Shown here piece after piece: positions 19,400 to 29,119 of a stretch of DNA of 64,000 nucleotides. The translations under genes and the position numbers were made by a program. Position 1 is the first letter of the stretch. Every line of letters begins with the position of its first letter. The stretch lies in NCBI GenBank assembly GCA_964440795.1, contig CAYTTQ010000001.1, positions 18,826-82,825 on the forward strand, given 5' to 3'. The notes beneath the pieces are model-generated. The model searched no databases and was not told the origin of the DNA. It was given only the letters and a program-made list of their open reading frames with translations. The stretch comes from an uncultured Desulfobacterales bacterium. Lineage in GTDB: Bacteria; Desulfobacterota; Desulfobacteria; Desulfobacterales; C00003060.

Positions 19400-19645
19400 T
19401 TACTGGTTGCCAAAGCCACACAGACGGCCACAATCCGGACATGTCCAGGTAATGCCGTTGCAACTCATCCCCCAAAGATTCTCTTGCATACATTCCGGAC
19501 ATATTTGAAAGCCACACCGGCATGTCCAGCAAAACGGAGGGCGCTTACCACATGCGTGGCACAAGTATGTCTTCTTCCCGCCCCATCTGCGTCTCGGCCT
19601 CTTGTCACTAAGTTTCCTGTCGGCAGAGTGGGAATCTTCTTGCAT
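19400..19645 (-). CDS. Small Cys-rich (multi zinc-ribbon-like) hypothetical protein
   Basis: 81 aa from the ATG preceded by GAGGTGA 5 nt upstream. Paired cysteines: CHAC, CWTCRC, CPEC, CPDC. No family recognised. Confidence 0.45.
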   Translation of the reverse strand: MQEDSHSADRKLSDKRPRRRWGGKKTYLCHACGKRPPFCWTCRCGFQICPECMQENLWGMSCNGITWTCPDCGRLCGFGNQ

Positions 19646-19918
19646 ACCAATCACCTCATGTCCACGTATGAATATTTTCGAACATGTCTTTTAAGCATAC
19701 ACAACACAAGAGTATAATATTTCATGCGGTCTGTTTACAGCCTTTTTTAAACCGATTTGTACCCTGGTACCTTCTACCCACTGACCAACTCCCGAACTTG
19801 AGCTTTGCAGATAGCTTGGGGTACCCTTTGTGGGCATCAAAATTTCGTATTGCCAATGCCGTCGCGGAAGGTTAATGTGAAATGCAATCCCAGACGCCTG
19901 GAAGGAGATCCCGATGCC

Positions 19919-22594
19919 ATGCACAATCACGAAAAAACCATTTATCTCATTGACGGAAGCAATTACATCCATCGAGCCTACCACGCCATAAGACAGCTTG
20001 CCACCAGCGAGGGATTTCCGACAAATGCCATTTATGGGTTCACGACAATGGTGTTGGGTCTTTTAGACCGACACCAGCCTGAATACGTGGCCGTTGCCTT
20101 GGATACAAAAGGCCCCACCTTTCGCCACAAGCTCTACGAAGCCTACAAAGCCAATCGTCCGCCGGCACCCGAAGATCTCCTCATACAAACACCCTACATC
20201 AAGCAAGTACTGGAGGCACTGCGCATTCCGGCCTTGGAACGCCCGGGGTATGAAGCGGATGATCTCATGGGAACAGTTGCCAAGATGGCGGAAAAACAAA
20301 ATTTCCATGCGGTGCTGGTCACCGGAGATAAAGACTTTAAACAACTCCTCTCATCGAATATTGCGATATGGGACCCCATGAAGGATCACACCATAAGCTA
20401 TGACTCCTTTAAGACACATGTCGGCTTGGAACCCAGTCAGTGGGTCGATGTTATGGGCCTTTGGGGGGACAGCTCAGACAATATACCCGGTGTGCCGATG
20501 ATTGGGGAAAAGACCGCCGTCCGATTAATTAAGACTTTTGGAAGCATGGCGTCTCTTTTTACCGATCTGGAAAAGGTGCCCAGGGAGAAACTTCGAAAAA
20601 CCTTAACCGAACATCGAGACCAAGCCTTTTTAAGCCGACAACTCGTCTTGATTGACGCACAGGCACCCATCTCTATTGATTTGGCATCACTTAAATCGGT
20701 CCCACCTGATGCCGTGGCACTGGGACGTCTCTTTAGGGATTTGGAATTTCGAAGCCTGCAGGAACGATTTCCCCTGGAAACCGATCTCAGTCATAAGGAA
20801 TACACCGCGGTCACCAATGAAAAGGCCTTAGACGCGCTTTTGAAAGACTTAGAACACAGCGGCCTCTTTGCCTTGGACCTGGAAACCACCAGCACCAATC
20901 CAATGGCCGGCCGGATCGTAGGAATCTCCTTTTCCTGTCGGCCCGACCAGGCCACGTATATCCCCTTGGGACATAAGACGACGGGAACCGAGAAACAACT
21001 CGGCCTGGAACCGACCTTGAGACGTCTCAAGCCCATACTTGAAGACGCTGAATCGCCCAAGGGGGGACAAAACATCAAGTACGATTGGGTTCTGCTGCGC
21101 CGAGCAGGAATCGATTTATCCGGTGTCGTCTTTGACACCATGGTGGAATCCTATCTGATCGACCCCGCCAGACGAACACATAACTTGTCTCAGATAGCGG
21201 CGGAACATCTCGACCATAAAATGATATCCTATAAGGAAGTCACCCATAACGGCACCATCGGCTTTCAAGACGTCCCCATTGGAGATGCCACCACTTATGC
21301 CTGCGAGGACGCCGACATTTCTCTCACGGCACATCGGGTGCTTTCAAAAGGACTGGAAGAAAGAGGACTGAAAAACCTGTACGAAAAAATGGAAATCCCA
21401 CTGATACCGGTCCTTGTAGACATGCAACTGACGGGTGTGCGAATCGATAGACAACAGCTCAAAAAGACGTCCGAGGACTTCAGACAAGTTCTGTCAGAGA
21501 TAAAAGCCAAGATTTATGCTTCCGCGGGGGAAGAATTCAACATCCAGTCCCACCGACAATTGGGGCAAATCCTTTTCAAAAAGCTGAACCTGCCCGTTCA
21601 GAAGAAAACCAAACTGACAAAAGGCTATTCTACAGACTTTGAGGTACTAAAGGCCTTGGCGACAGAACATGAACTGCCCGATTTGGTCCTGCGATACCGC
21701 TCACTGGCCAAACTCAAGTCAACGTACACAGACGCTCTTATGGAACTCATCCACCCGGAAACAGGTCGGATACATACTTCGTATAACCAGACGGTAACGG
21801 CCACCGGCCGATTGAGCAGCAGCGAACCGAACCTGCAAAACATCCCTATCCGTACCGATGAAGGAAAGAAGGTACGGTCCGCCTTTATTCCCAAAGAGGA
21901 CTGGCTCATGTTTTCCGCGGACTATTCACAAATTGAATTGAGACTGCTGGCTCACTACTCCGAAGATGAAATCCTCCTAGAAGCCTTTGCAAACGACGAA
22001 GACATCCATACCCGCACAGCCACTGAGATATTTCAACTCTTTCCGTCGATGATTACAGCGGAAATGCGGAGACAAGCCAAGGTCATCAACTTCGGGATTA
22101 TATACGGCATGGGCCCGTTTCGTCTGTCAAAGGAGCTGGGCATAAGCCAAAAGATGGCCAAAACGTACATTGAACATTATTTTCAGCGCTATCAAGGCGT
22201 AAAGCGATTTATCGAAGACACGATTCATCAGGCAAGACATACGGGGTATACAAAAACGCTGTTGGGCCGCTGCCGGTGGCTGCCCCAGATTTCAAGCACG
22301 AATCGAACAGCGCGCGAATTTGCTGAACGTACCGCAGTCAACACCCCACTTCAGGGCACCGCTGCGGACCTTATCAAGCTGGCCATGATCGATATATTCA
22401 ACGATCTCAAAAGCGCCGACTTTGAGACTAAGATGCTCCTTCAGGTGCACGACGAACTCATCTTTGAATGCCCCACCGATGAATTGGAAGCAGCTACCGA
22501 CCTGGTAAAGTCTATTATGGAAGGGATATACCTGTTGCAAGTACCACTGAAGGTCAACATCAATTGGGGTCGAAATTGGACTGAAGCACACTAG
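19919..22594 (+). CDS. polA: DNA polymerase I (5'-3' exo, 3'-5' exo, polymerase domains)
   Basis: The N-terminus IYLIDGSNYIHRAYHA belongs to the 5' nuclease domain. DYSQIELR, RRQAKVINFGIIYG and QVHDE are pol motifs A, B and C. Start set at ATG 19919, preceded by GAAGGAGA. The track ORF begins at 19805. Confidence 0.95.
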   Translation: MHNHEKTIYLIDGSNYIHRAYHAIRQLATSEGFPTNAIYGFTTMVLGLLDRHQPEYVAVALDTKGPTFRHKLYEAYKANRPPAPEDLLIQTPYIKQVLEALRIPALERPGYEADDLMGTVAKMAEKQNFHAVLVTGDKDFKQLLSSNIAIWDPMKDHTISYDSFKTHVGLEPSQWVDVMGLWGDSSDNIPGVPMIGEKTAVRLIKTFGSMASLFTDLEKVPREKLRKTLTEHRDQAFLSRQLVLIDAQAPISIDLASLKSVPPDAVALGRLFRDLEFRSLQERFPLETDLSHKEYTAVTNEKALDALLKDLEHSGLFALDLETTSTNPMAGRIVGISFSCRPDQATYIPLGHKTTGTEKQLGLEPTLRRLKPILEDAESPKGGQNIKYDWVLLRRAGIDLSGVVFDTMVESYLIDPARRTHNLSQIAAEHLDHKMISYKEVTHNGTIGFQDVPIGDATTYACEDADISLTAHRVLSKGLEERGLKNLYEKMEIPLIPVLVDMQLTGVRIDRQQLKKTSEDFRQVLSEIKAKIYASAGEEFNIQSHRQLGQILFKKLNLPVQKKTKLTKGYSTDFEVLKALATEHELPDLVLRYRSLAKLKSTYTDALMELIHPETGRIHTSYNQTVTATGRLSSSEPNLQNIPIRTDEGKKVRSAFIPKEDWLMFSADYSQIELRLLAHYSEDEILLEAFANDEDIHTRTATEIFQLFPSMITAEMRRQAKVINFGIIYGMGPFRLSKELGISQKMAKTYIEHYFQRYQGVKRFIEDTIHQARHTGYTKTLLGRCRWLPQISSTNRTAREFAERTAVNTPLQGTAADLIKLAMIDIFNDLKSADFETKMLLQVHDELIFECPTDELEAATDLVKSIMEGIYLLQVPLKVNINWGRNWTEAH

Positions 22595-22605
22595 GCGACT
22601 GAATA

Positions 22606-22773
22606 CTACTCACCATCTTCCTGTGTACCGTGGTCAAGCACCGCCTCTTTGATGGTCCTGTATACACCCTTAAATGTCTCATCAAAGGACGTAGGGGAAA
22701 CGCGACCCACTTCTATAAACTTGGCTACAATCTCCTTGGCGATCTTGAGCACTTGTTCATCAAGCGTCTTCAT
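22606..22773 (-). CDS. Possible 55-aa small protein (below the ORF-track cutoff)
   Basis: My own translation: MKTLDEQVLKIAKEIVAKFIEVGRVSPTSFDETFKGVYRTIKEAVLDHGTQEDGE. It looks protein-like and amphipathic, but the SD is poorly placed. Confidence 0.3.
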   Translation of the reverse strand: MKTLDEQVLKIAKEIVAKFIEVGRVSPTSFDETFKGVYRTIKEAVLDHGTQEDGE

Positions 22774-22867
22774 AGGTCGTACGAGCCCTCACCGACCGAT
22801 AATCAGCTAGCGGGGTAATCTTTCACACATGCGAGAAAACCTTACCCCCCTTTCCAATTCGGTCACC

Positions 22868-23179
22868 TCACTTAATACCTTCCGCAACCACCTTTTCTTC
22901 GAACGTCTCCGATTCCTTGATGCGTTTTTCCATCCGGAAACACCACTGTCGGTATTTGCATTCCTTTTCTCGGCAATTCGCGCTCCCATTGCCAAAACAC
23001 GCCAGATTACCTTCTCCGAGTTGCTTCTTATGGATAATGGGGGAGATAACCTCAACGAAACATGGATTGCACAATGACGAACTGATATCCTCGGGACCCC
23101 AGGAAATCAAAGAATCCTTTTCCCATTCCTTCCCACACTTGACACATTTCACACGCAATCGGTTCATCTTCCACTCCAT
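22868..23179 (-). CDS. Small Cys-rich hypothetical protein
   Basis: 103 aa (or 99 aa from the second ATG). CVKCG...CNPC is followed by ACFGNGSANCREKECKYRQWC. No family recognised. Confidence 0.45.
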   Translation of the reverse strand: MEWKMNRLRVKCVKCGKEWEKDSLISWGPEDISSSLCNPCFVEVISPIIHKKQLGEGNLACFGNGSANCREKECKYRQWCFRMEKRIKESETFEEKVVAEGIK

Positions 23180-23454
23180 TCGCCCTTTTCATCGTCTTTG
23201 CCTCGTGGTCCTTAAAACGAGCAAAGCGCATACTTTATCTGTTCCGCCGTATGACGTGACCGTACAGGTGTTGTGGCATTAACGTTTAGTCCTTATATAA
23301 CTTCCTTCTATAAATCAAGGATTTTTCTATAAAACGAAGGGTTAGAAAGTCGGCTCAAGTTTTCTTGTTTTCCGGTCGATGATAATAAGAGAGGCCAGAG
23401 ATAGACGTGCTGTGTCAAAGCGCGGATTCGTAACCCCCATACGAGGCTTTTACC

Positions 23455-23646
23455 ATGACCAGATACCTTCAAAATCCCTTAAACCATGGCAACGGGAATT
23501 GTGACATGGAAGAATGGGAACGATGGGACGAAAACCTGGTTGAAGATTTTGGCCATTGGCTTACTTTGGTCGCCAAGGCGTTTGCCGTTGTCCTTTTGCT
23601 GGGCGTCCTGATGGGACTCGTAACCTGGCTTTGGAACTGGTTCTAA
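23455..23646 (+). CDS. Possible small membrane protein
   Basis: 63 aa with an acidic, Trp-rich N-terminal half and a C-terminal TM helix (AFAVVLLLGVLMGLVTWLW). A weak GAGG lies 8 nt upstream. Confidence 0.35.
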   Translation: MTRYLQNPLNHGNGNCDMEEWERWDENLVEDFGHWLTLVAKAFAVVLLLGVLMGLVTWLWNWF

Positions 23647-23801
23647 CCGATCCAGACCTTTCGGTATGCCTCTGTGTAAATAACATCCCTGCAGGATGGA
23701 TTCGCCACAACTCGTGGCACGCCCCTTCCGGAACCATACCAACAAAAAATTACTTGCCGAACAGCTCGCCTTATTGTATTTATTTCGAGTTACACAGTCA
23801 C

Positions 23802-23853
23802 TGACCCTGACCGATCCGGCCGGTCAGATCGGTCCGATCCGATCGGTTAGGGT
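23802..23853 (+). promoter_or_regulatory. Long hairpin with alternative pairings in the rpmB leader
   Basis: GACCCTGACCGATC (23802-15) pairs with GATCGGTTAGGGTC (23840-53), giving 14 bp with one G.U. The 5' arm can alternatively pair with GATCGGTC at 23827-34. It ends 28 nt before the rpmB ATG. Confidence 0.35.
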
Positions 23854-23881
23854 CCATAACAGAAATTAGGAGGCCCTTACA

Positions 23882-24073
23882 ATGGCAAGAGTCTGTGAGA
23901 TATGCGGCAAGAAACCGATGAAAGGAAACAACGTCAGCCACGCCCATAATGTGACCAAACGGCGTTTTTCCCCCAATTTACAACATGTACGGACGGTGCA
24001 TGAGGGACGAACCAAGCGAATGAAGGTGTGTACCCGATGCATACGATCGGGTTTGGTCCAAAAACCCGGTTAA
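23882..24073 (+). CDS. rpmB: 50S ribosomal protein L28
   Basis: [29 protein letters not shown] is canonical L28. AGGAGG lies upstream. Confidence 0.95.
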   Translation: MARVCEICGKKPMKGNNVSHAHNVTKRRFSPNLQHVRTVHEGRTKRMKVCTRCIRSGLVQKPG

Positions 24074-24110
24074 AAGGCTTGAAGCGGATCCAGTCCAAAC
24101 CAGGCGCCCC

Positions 24111-26270
24111 TCAGCTCGCATATGTGCCTTCCATACGTTTTGCGGTAATAACGTTTTTTAAGGCTTTTACGGATTTCAATGCCCGCTCCAAGTGCTTGGC
24201 ATCGGAAACCGAAATCGTAAAATAGCATTCAGCCTTTCCATCCACCCCCGTCTTTACGCTGGCATCTAATATATTGGTCTCCACCGAACTGAGAGCGGTA
24301 GTGATATTTGCCAACAAACCCATTTTGTCGTGACAGTGGACGTGGATACCCACCGGATAATGCTCGTCCCGTTCAGGGGCCCAGGACAACTCGATTCGCC
24401 TAGCGGAATCCATGTTCAAGGCGTGGGTACACGTGGTACGGTGTACGGTAATGCCTTGCCCCCGGGTAATATACCCCACGACGGGATCCCCGGGCAAAGG
24501 CCGACAACACTTGGCATATCGCACGAGAACGTCTTCCACGCCTTTTACCAGAATCCCCGATTGCGGTTTAGGCCGACGGATGCGTTCCTTGAGCTTGGAA
24601 ACGATACCATCCTTATTTTCTTCCGACGGCTCATCGCTGGGCACAAACCGGTGAACCACCTGTAGGGGTGTCACTTTTCCGTACCCAATGCCCACCAAAA
24701 GATCATCCTCGGACTTGTAACCGAACTGTGCCGCCGCTTCCCCCATTTTTCCCGACTTAATGTGACTGTTGAAATTCAACCCATGCTTGCGGAAGGCCTT
24801 TTCACACATTTCGCGTCCCAGGGCCAAGCTTTGTTTCCGCTCTTCCGCTTTGATGTGCTGCCGAATCCTGGACCGCGCCTTGGCAGTCTTTACAAAGCCA
24901 AGCCAATCCCGACTGGGCTTATGATCTTTGGAGGTAATGATATCCACGCGCTGACCCGTTTGAAGCTTATACTTCAACGGCACCATACGGCCATTCACTT
25001 TGGCTCCGGTACATTGGTTACCCACCTCGGTATGGATGGCGTAGGCAAAATCGACCGGTGTGGCCCCCCTGGGCAGATTCAACACATCCCCTCGCGGGGT
25101 AAATACATACACCTCATTGGGAAAGAGCTCAATGCGAACGGTTTCCATAAACTCGTCAGGATCTTTAAGATATTTTTGCTCTTCCACCAACTTGCGAAGC
25201 CAAGCGAAGGCCTGTCCTTCCGTCCTGTCGAATTTCCGCCCTTCCTTATACTGCCAGTGAGCGGCAATTCCGTCGCGAGCCACACGATCCATTTCCCGAG
25301 TACGAATCTGAATTTCCACCCGCTCACCAAACGGCCCGATCACCGTCGTGTGCAACGACTGATACATGTTGGGCTTCGGAATACCGATATGATCTTTAAA
25401 TCGCTTCGGAATGGGCTTCCACGCCGAGTGAATCACACCCAAAGCTTCATAACACTGTTGCACAGTATCTAAAACGATGCGAAAGCCAAGAATATCATAC
25501 ACCTCTTCGACGCCCACTTCTTGCACCAACATCTTTTGGTAGATTCCATAAAGGTGTTTGTGTCGCCCGGAAACTTCACAGTTCAAATGGGCCTGGTGCA
25601 TCTTCTCCTTGATGCTTTCCTTGATCGTTTCTATGTACTTTTCACGCTCCTCTCGCTTTCGGGTCACCTGCTTGGCGATTTCTCGATATTCGTGAGGAAT
25701 CAAATACATAAACGCAATGTCTTCAAGCTCGTTTTTTACCCAGTTGATACCGAGACGATTGGCGATAGGAGCATAAATATCGAGGGTTTCTTGGGCAATA
25801 CTGGACTGTTTATGCTCTTTTTGAAATTGCAGGGTCCGCATGTTGTGCAACCGGTCACACAATTTAATCAAGATCACGCGGATGTCGTCGGCCATGGCCA
25901 GAATCATCTTTCGGATACTTTCCGCCTGCCGTGCCTCGGAGCTGCGAAAGGACAAAGCCCCCAGCTTTGTCACCCCTTCAACAATATGGGTGACCTCCAT
26001 GCCGAACAACTCGGTCAGTTCATCTGCCGTCGCCTCCGTATCTTCCAGCGTGTCATGGAGAAGTCCGGCGGCAAGACTAACCGGCCCCAGCCGGAGCTGG
26101 GCAAGGAGTCCGGCCACCTCCAACGGATGAGACAGATAGGGCTCCCCGGAGAGTCGAACCTGGCCTTCATGAATTCGGGCCGAATAAACGTAGGCCCGTT
26201 GCACCAAATCCAGATCCGCCCCGGGGACGTTGGCACTAAGGCTATCCAGAATGTCGGTAATACGAATCAT
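24111..26270 (-). CDS. relA: Bifunctional (p)ppGpp synthetase/hydrolase (RelA/SpoT homologue)
   Basis: 719 aa with an HD hydrolase region (HPLEVAGLL...HDTLEDT), a synthetase region, a TGS domain and a C-terminal ACT-like domain. Confidence 0.95.
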   Translation of the reverse strand: MIRITDILDSLSANVPGADLDLVQRAYVYSARIHEGQVRLSGEPYLSHPLEVAGLLAQLRLGPVSLAAGLLHDTLEDTEATADELTELFGMEVTHIVEGVTKLGALSFRSSEARQAESIRKMILAMADDIRVILIKLCDRLHNMRTLQFQKEHKQSSIAQETLDIYAPIANRLGINWVKNELEDIAFMYLIPHEYREIAKQVTRKREEREKYIETIKESIKEKMHQAHLNCEVSGRHKHLYGIYQKMLVQEVGVEEVYDILGFRIVLDTVQQCYEALGVIHSAWKPIPKRFKDHIGIPKPNMYQSLHTTVIGPFGERVEIQIRTREMDRVARDGIAAHWQYKEGRKFDRTEGQAFAWLRKLVEEQKYLKDPDEFMETVRIELFPNEVYVFTPRGDVLNLPRGATPVDFAYAIHTEVGNQCTGAKVNGRMVPLKYKLQTGQRVDIITSKDHKPSRDWLGFVKTAKARSRIRQHIKAEERKQSLALGREMCEKAFRKHGLNFNSHIKSGKMGEAAAQFGYKSEDDLLVGIGYGKVTPLQVVHRFVPSDEPSEENKDGIVSKLKERIRRPKPQSGILVKGVEDVLVRYAKCCRPLPGDPVVGYITRGQGITVHRTTCTHALNMDSARRIELSWAPERDEHYPVGIHVHCHDKMGLLANITTALSSVETNILDASVKTGVDGKAECYFTISVSDAKHLERALKSVKALKNVITAKRMEGTYAS

Positions 26271-26349
26271 AATCTGTTACCGGCCACACACATGGTCGCC
26301 CCACAAAAGAGAAACTTCAGGCCCGCCTCGATTAGGCGTCGCAAGCAGA

Positions 26350-27864
26350 CTAGTAGGCTTTGGCAAAGACCACACGCTTTGGGCTCTCCCGGCCGCAAAC
26401 GATGCACTTACCTACTTCACCGCCTTGAGAGAACGGAATACAACGAATGGTTACCTTTAGGTCTTCCTTAACCTTTTCTTCGCAATCCCCGCTCCCGCAC
26501 CAATGGGCGGAAACAAACCCCCCATGTATTTCCGGCTGCCGGGGATTTTTGGGCGTAAAGAACGTGTCGAAGTCACCTCGGACATCGATCTCTCTACCGT
26601 TTGCCTCTTTCAACGTCACCGCCCTTTGGTACAGTTTGTTCTGAATCTCGTCTAATATAGATCCCACCGTTTCCACAAACGTGTCCCTGGGAATGGACAC
26701 CTTATCCTTCGGCCCTTTATCTCTTCGGCCCACAAAAACAGAATCCTTGGCAATATCCCTCGGACCGATTTCCACTCGAAGGGGAATCCCCTTCTTGATC
26801 CACTCCCATCCTTTGGCCCCGGTTTCCCGGTCATCGACTTCCACTGCTATATGCGAATCGCCGTACCTCCGGCCGGTCAATGCCTCAGCCAGTCGGTGGG
26901 TGTAATCCATGACCATCGGTCTGTCTTCGTCCTTTCGGATGATGGGCAACAACACCACATGCGAAGGGGCGATCCTCGGTGGCAAGACCAGTCCGTCGTC
27001 ATCGCTGTGGGCCATAATCACAGCCCCGATCAGCCGGGTAGACACCCCCCAGGAGGTGGTCCAAGCATATTCTTGGGCCTCTTCTTTCGACTGGTACTTG
27101 ATGTTCGACGCCCTGGCAAAATTCTTGCCCAAAAAATGGGAGGTGCCTACCTGAAGGGCTTTCCGGTCCTGCATCATCGCCTCCAAGGTGAAGGTATTGA
27201 CAGCTCCGGGAAACCGCTCCGATTCTGTCTTTTCCCCTTTAATCGCCGGGATTGCCAGATAGTTCTTCACCAGGTTTTCGTAGATATCCAACATCTGCAA
27301 CGTTCTTTCCATAGCTTCGGCTTCATCCGAATGGGCCGTATGGCCCTCCTGCCAAAGAAACTCGCTCGTACGCAGAAAGAGACGGGTTCTCATTTCCCAG
27401 CGGACAACATTACACCATTGATTAATCAACAGTGGCAGGTCTCTATAACTCTTCACCCACCTGGAAAAAGAATCTCCGATGATTGTCTCCGATGTGGGTC
27501 TCACCACCAGCGGTTCTTCCAATTCACCGGCCGGCACCAAGCGACCATCGGCGGTACCTTCTAAACGGTGGTGGGTAACCACCGCGCATTCCTTAGCAAA
27601 CCCCTCTACATGCGCCGCTTCCTTTTCCAAAAACTGTTTGGGTATGAAGACCGGAAAGTAGGCGTTTTTGACCCCCGTCTCCTTGAACATACCATCGAGT
27701 AGCCCTCGAATGTTTTCCCACAGGGCATACCCCCATGGCTTGATGACCATACATCCCCGGACCGGGGAACTCTCTGCCAGGTCGGAGGCCCTGATCACCT
27801 GTTGGTACCATTCCGGATAGTCTTCCTGCCGCGTCGGCGAAATCGCCGCTTTCTTTGTATTCAT
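26350..27864 (-). CDS. proS: Proline--tRNA ligase (short, archaeal/eukaryote-like type without INS editing domain)
   Basis: ~504 aa. The N-terminus DYPEWYQQVI and the C-terminal Zn-binding tail ending in Y are typical of the archaeal-type class II ProRS. Start at ATG 27864 with GAGGAGA 8 nt upstream. Confidence 0.9.
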   Translation of the reverse strand: MNTKKAAISPTRQEDYPEWYQQVIRASDLAESSPVRGCMVIKPWGYALWENIRGLLDGMFKETGVKNAYFPVFIPKQFLEKEAAHVEGFAKECAVVTHHRLEGTADGRLVPAGELEEPLVVRPTSETIIGDSFSRWVKSYRDLPLLINQWCNVVRWEMRTRLFLRTSEFLWQEGHTAHSDEAEAMERTLQMLDIYENLVKNYLAIPAIKGEKTESERFPGAVNTFTLEAMMQDRKALQVGTSHFLGKNFARASNIKYQSKEEAQEYAWTTSWGVSTRLIGAVIMAHSDDDGLVLPPRIAPSHVVLLPIIRKDEDRPMVMDYTHRLAEALTGRRYGDSHIAVEVDDRETGAKGWEWIKKGIPLRVEIGPRDIAKDSVFVGRRDKGPKDKVSIPRDTFVETVGSILDEIQNKLYQRAVTLKEANGREIDVRGDFDTFFTPKNPRQPEIHGGFVSAHWCGSGDCEEKVKEDLKVTIRCIPFSQGGEVGKCIVCGRESPKRVVFAKAY

Positions 27865-27897
27865 ACTGACGGTCTCCTCACCCAATCGGCCTATAAA

Positions 27898-29013
27898 TCA
27901 ATCCCCTATTTCGTACCGCGCCACTTCGTCCAGAAAAACCTCAACCAGCCTCTCTTCCGGCACCTTTTGAACCACTTTACCCTTCTTGAACAAAACACCG
28001 TGCCCCCGTCCACCGGCGATTCCGATATCCGCATCTTTGGCCTCCCCCGGGCCATTCACCACACACCCCATAATAGCGAGGTGCACGGGCTTTGTTTCGG
28101 TCAGCAAAGCCGCTTCAATCCGATTGACGATGTCCACCAAATCTATCCCACATCGGCCACAAGTTGGGCAGGAAACAATTTCAGGGCCCCGTTTGCGAAT
28201 ATTTAAGGCCTTTAAGATTTCAAAACCGACCCGAATCTCCTCAACCGGATCACCCGTAAGCGAAACACGGATTGTGTCACCAATCCCTTCGGCCAGGAGC
28301 ATTCCAATGCCAAGCGTCGACTTTACGGTGCCCCGAACCAGACTGCCCGCTTCGGTGACACCTACATGGAGCGGCCAATCGGTTTGCGACGACAAAAGCC
28401 GGTACGACGCCACCGTGCGCTGGACGTCGGAAGCTTTTATAGACAGTTTCATAGCGGAAAGACCCATGGATTCAAGAAGATCGACATGGCGAAGGGCACT
28501 TTCCACCATGGCCTCGGGGGTAGCACCACCAAACCGTTTGATCAGATCTCTTTCTAACGACCCGGAGTTCACCCCCACCCTCAAAGGGATTTGTTTTTCC
28601 TGAAGCCTACGGGCAATCTGTTTAACTCTTTCCGCAGACCCTACATTGCCCGGATTGATTCGGATGGCGTCGGCTCCGGCATCTATGGCACCAATAGCCA
28701 AACGGTGGTCGAAATGGATGTCGGCGATTAGCGGAATGGAAATTGCGGCCTTAATGGATGGAATCGCCTGTACCGCCTGACCATCCGGCACAGCGACCCG
28801 AACCAGCTCGCAACCTGCCGCTTCCAAGCGAAGAATCTGGCCCACGGTGGCGTCAATGTCGTGGGTCAGAGTGTTTGTCATGGATTGAACCGTAACCGGG
28901 GCATCGCCACCCACCGGCACGCCGCCCACAGAGATCGGCCGGGTCTTTCGGCGCTCTCGCATCCATGTCGATGATTCAGCATTCAGGCGCTTTTCATCCA
29001 TAAGTTCAATCAT
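27898..29013 (-). CDS. ispG: 4-hydroxy-3-methylbut-2-en-1-yl diphosphate synthase (IspG/GcpE)
   Basis: RKTRPISVGGVPVGGDAPVTVQSMTNT and the C-terminal cluster cysteines (SCPTCGRC...GCVVNGPGE). The start is uncertain: candidates are 29106, 29013, 29001 and 28962. Confidence 0.9.
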   Translation of the reverse strand: MIELMDEKRLNAESSTWMRERRKTRPISVGGVPVGGDAPVTVQSMTNTLTHDIDATVGQILRLEAAGCELVRVAVPDGQAVQAIPSIKAAISIPLIADIHFDHRLAIGAIDAGADAIRINPGNVGSAERVKQIARRLQEKQIPLRVGVNSGSLERDLIKRFGGATPEAMVESALRHVDLLESMGLSAMKLSIKASDVQRTVASYRLLSSQTDWPLHVGVTEAGSLVRGTVKSTLGIGMLLAEGIGDTIRVSLTGDPVEEIRVGFEILKALNIRKRGPEIVSCPTCGRCGIDLVDIVNRIEAALLTETKPVHLAIMGCVVNGPGEAKDADIGIAGGRGHGVLFKKGKVVQKVPEERLVEVFLDEVARYEIGD

Positions 29014-29119
29014 TACCTTGTGGGGGCAACCCGGCAAGCTACCAGAGTCAATACCCGGGTTCAAGGAAAAACCATGTCCCGCAAATGACCTCCCAATGGG
29101 GGCCACCGGCGGAAAGTTG

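Noticed and set aside
18906-19452. Three overlapping ORFs (105, 180 and 82 aa) around 18.9-19.45 kb
   Set aside because: They are laid over two hand-foldable tRNA-Ser genes. The ORFs merely read through tRNA sequence.
23713-23730. Sigma54-like TGGCACGCCCCTTCC upstream of rpmB
   Set aside because: The -12 element reads TTCC rather than TTGC, so the invariant GC is missing. A ribosomal-protein gene is also an implausible sigma54 target.
25521-26471. 316-aa ORF on the + strand
   Set aside because: It is antisense to relA/spoT and runs into the proS 3' end. It has no recognisable motifs.
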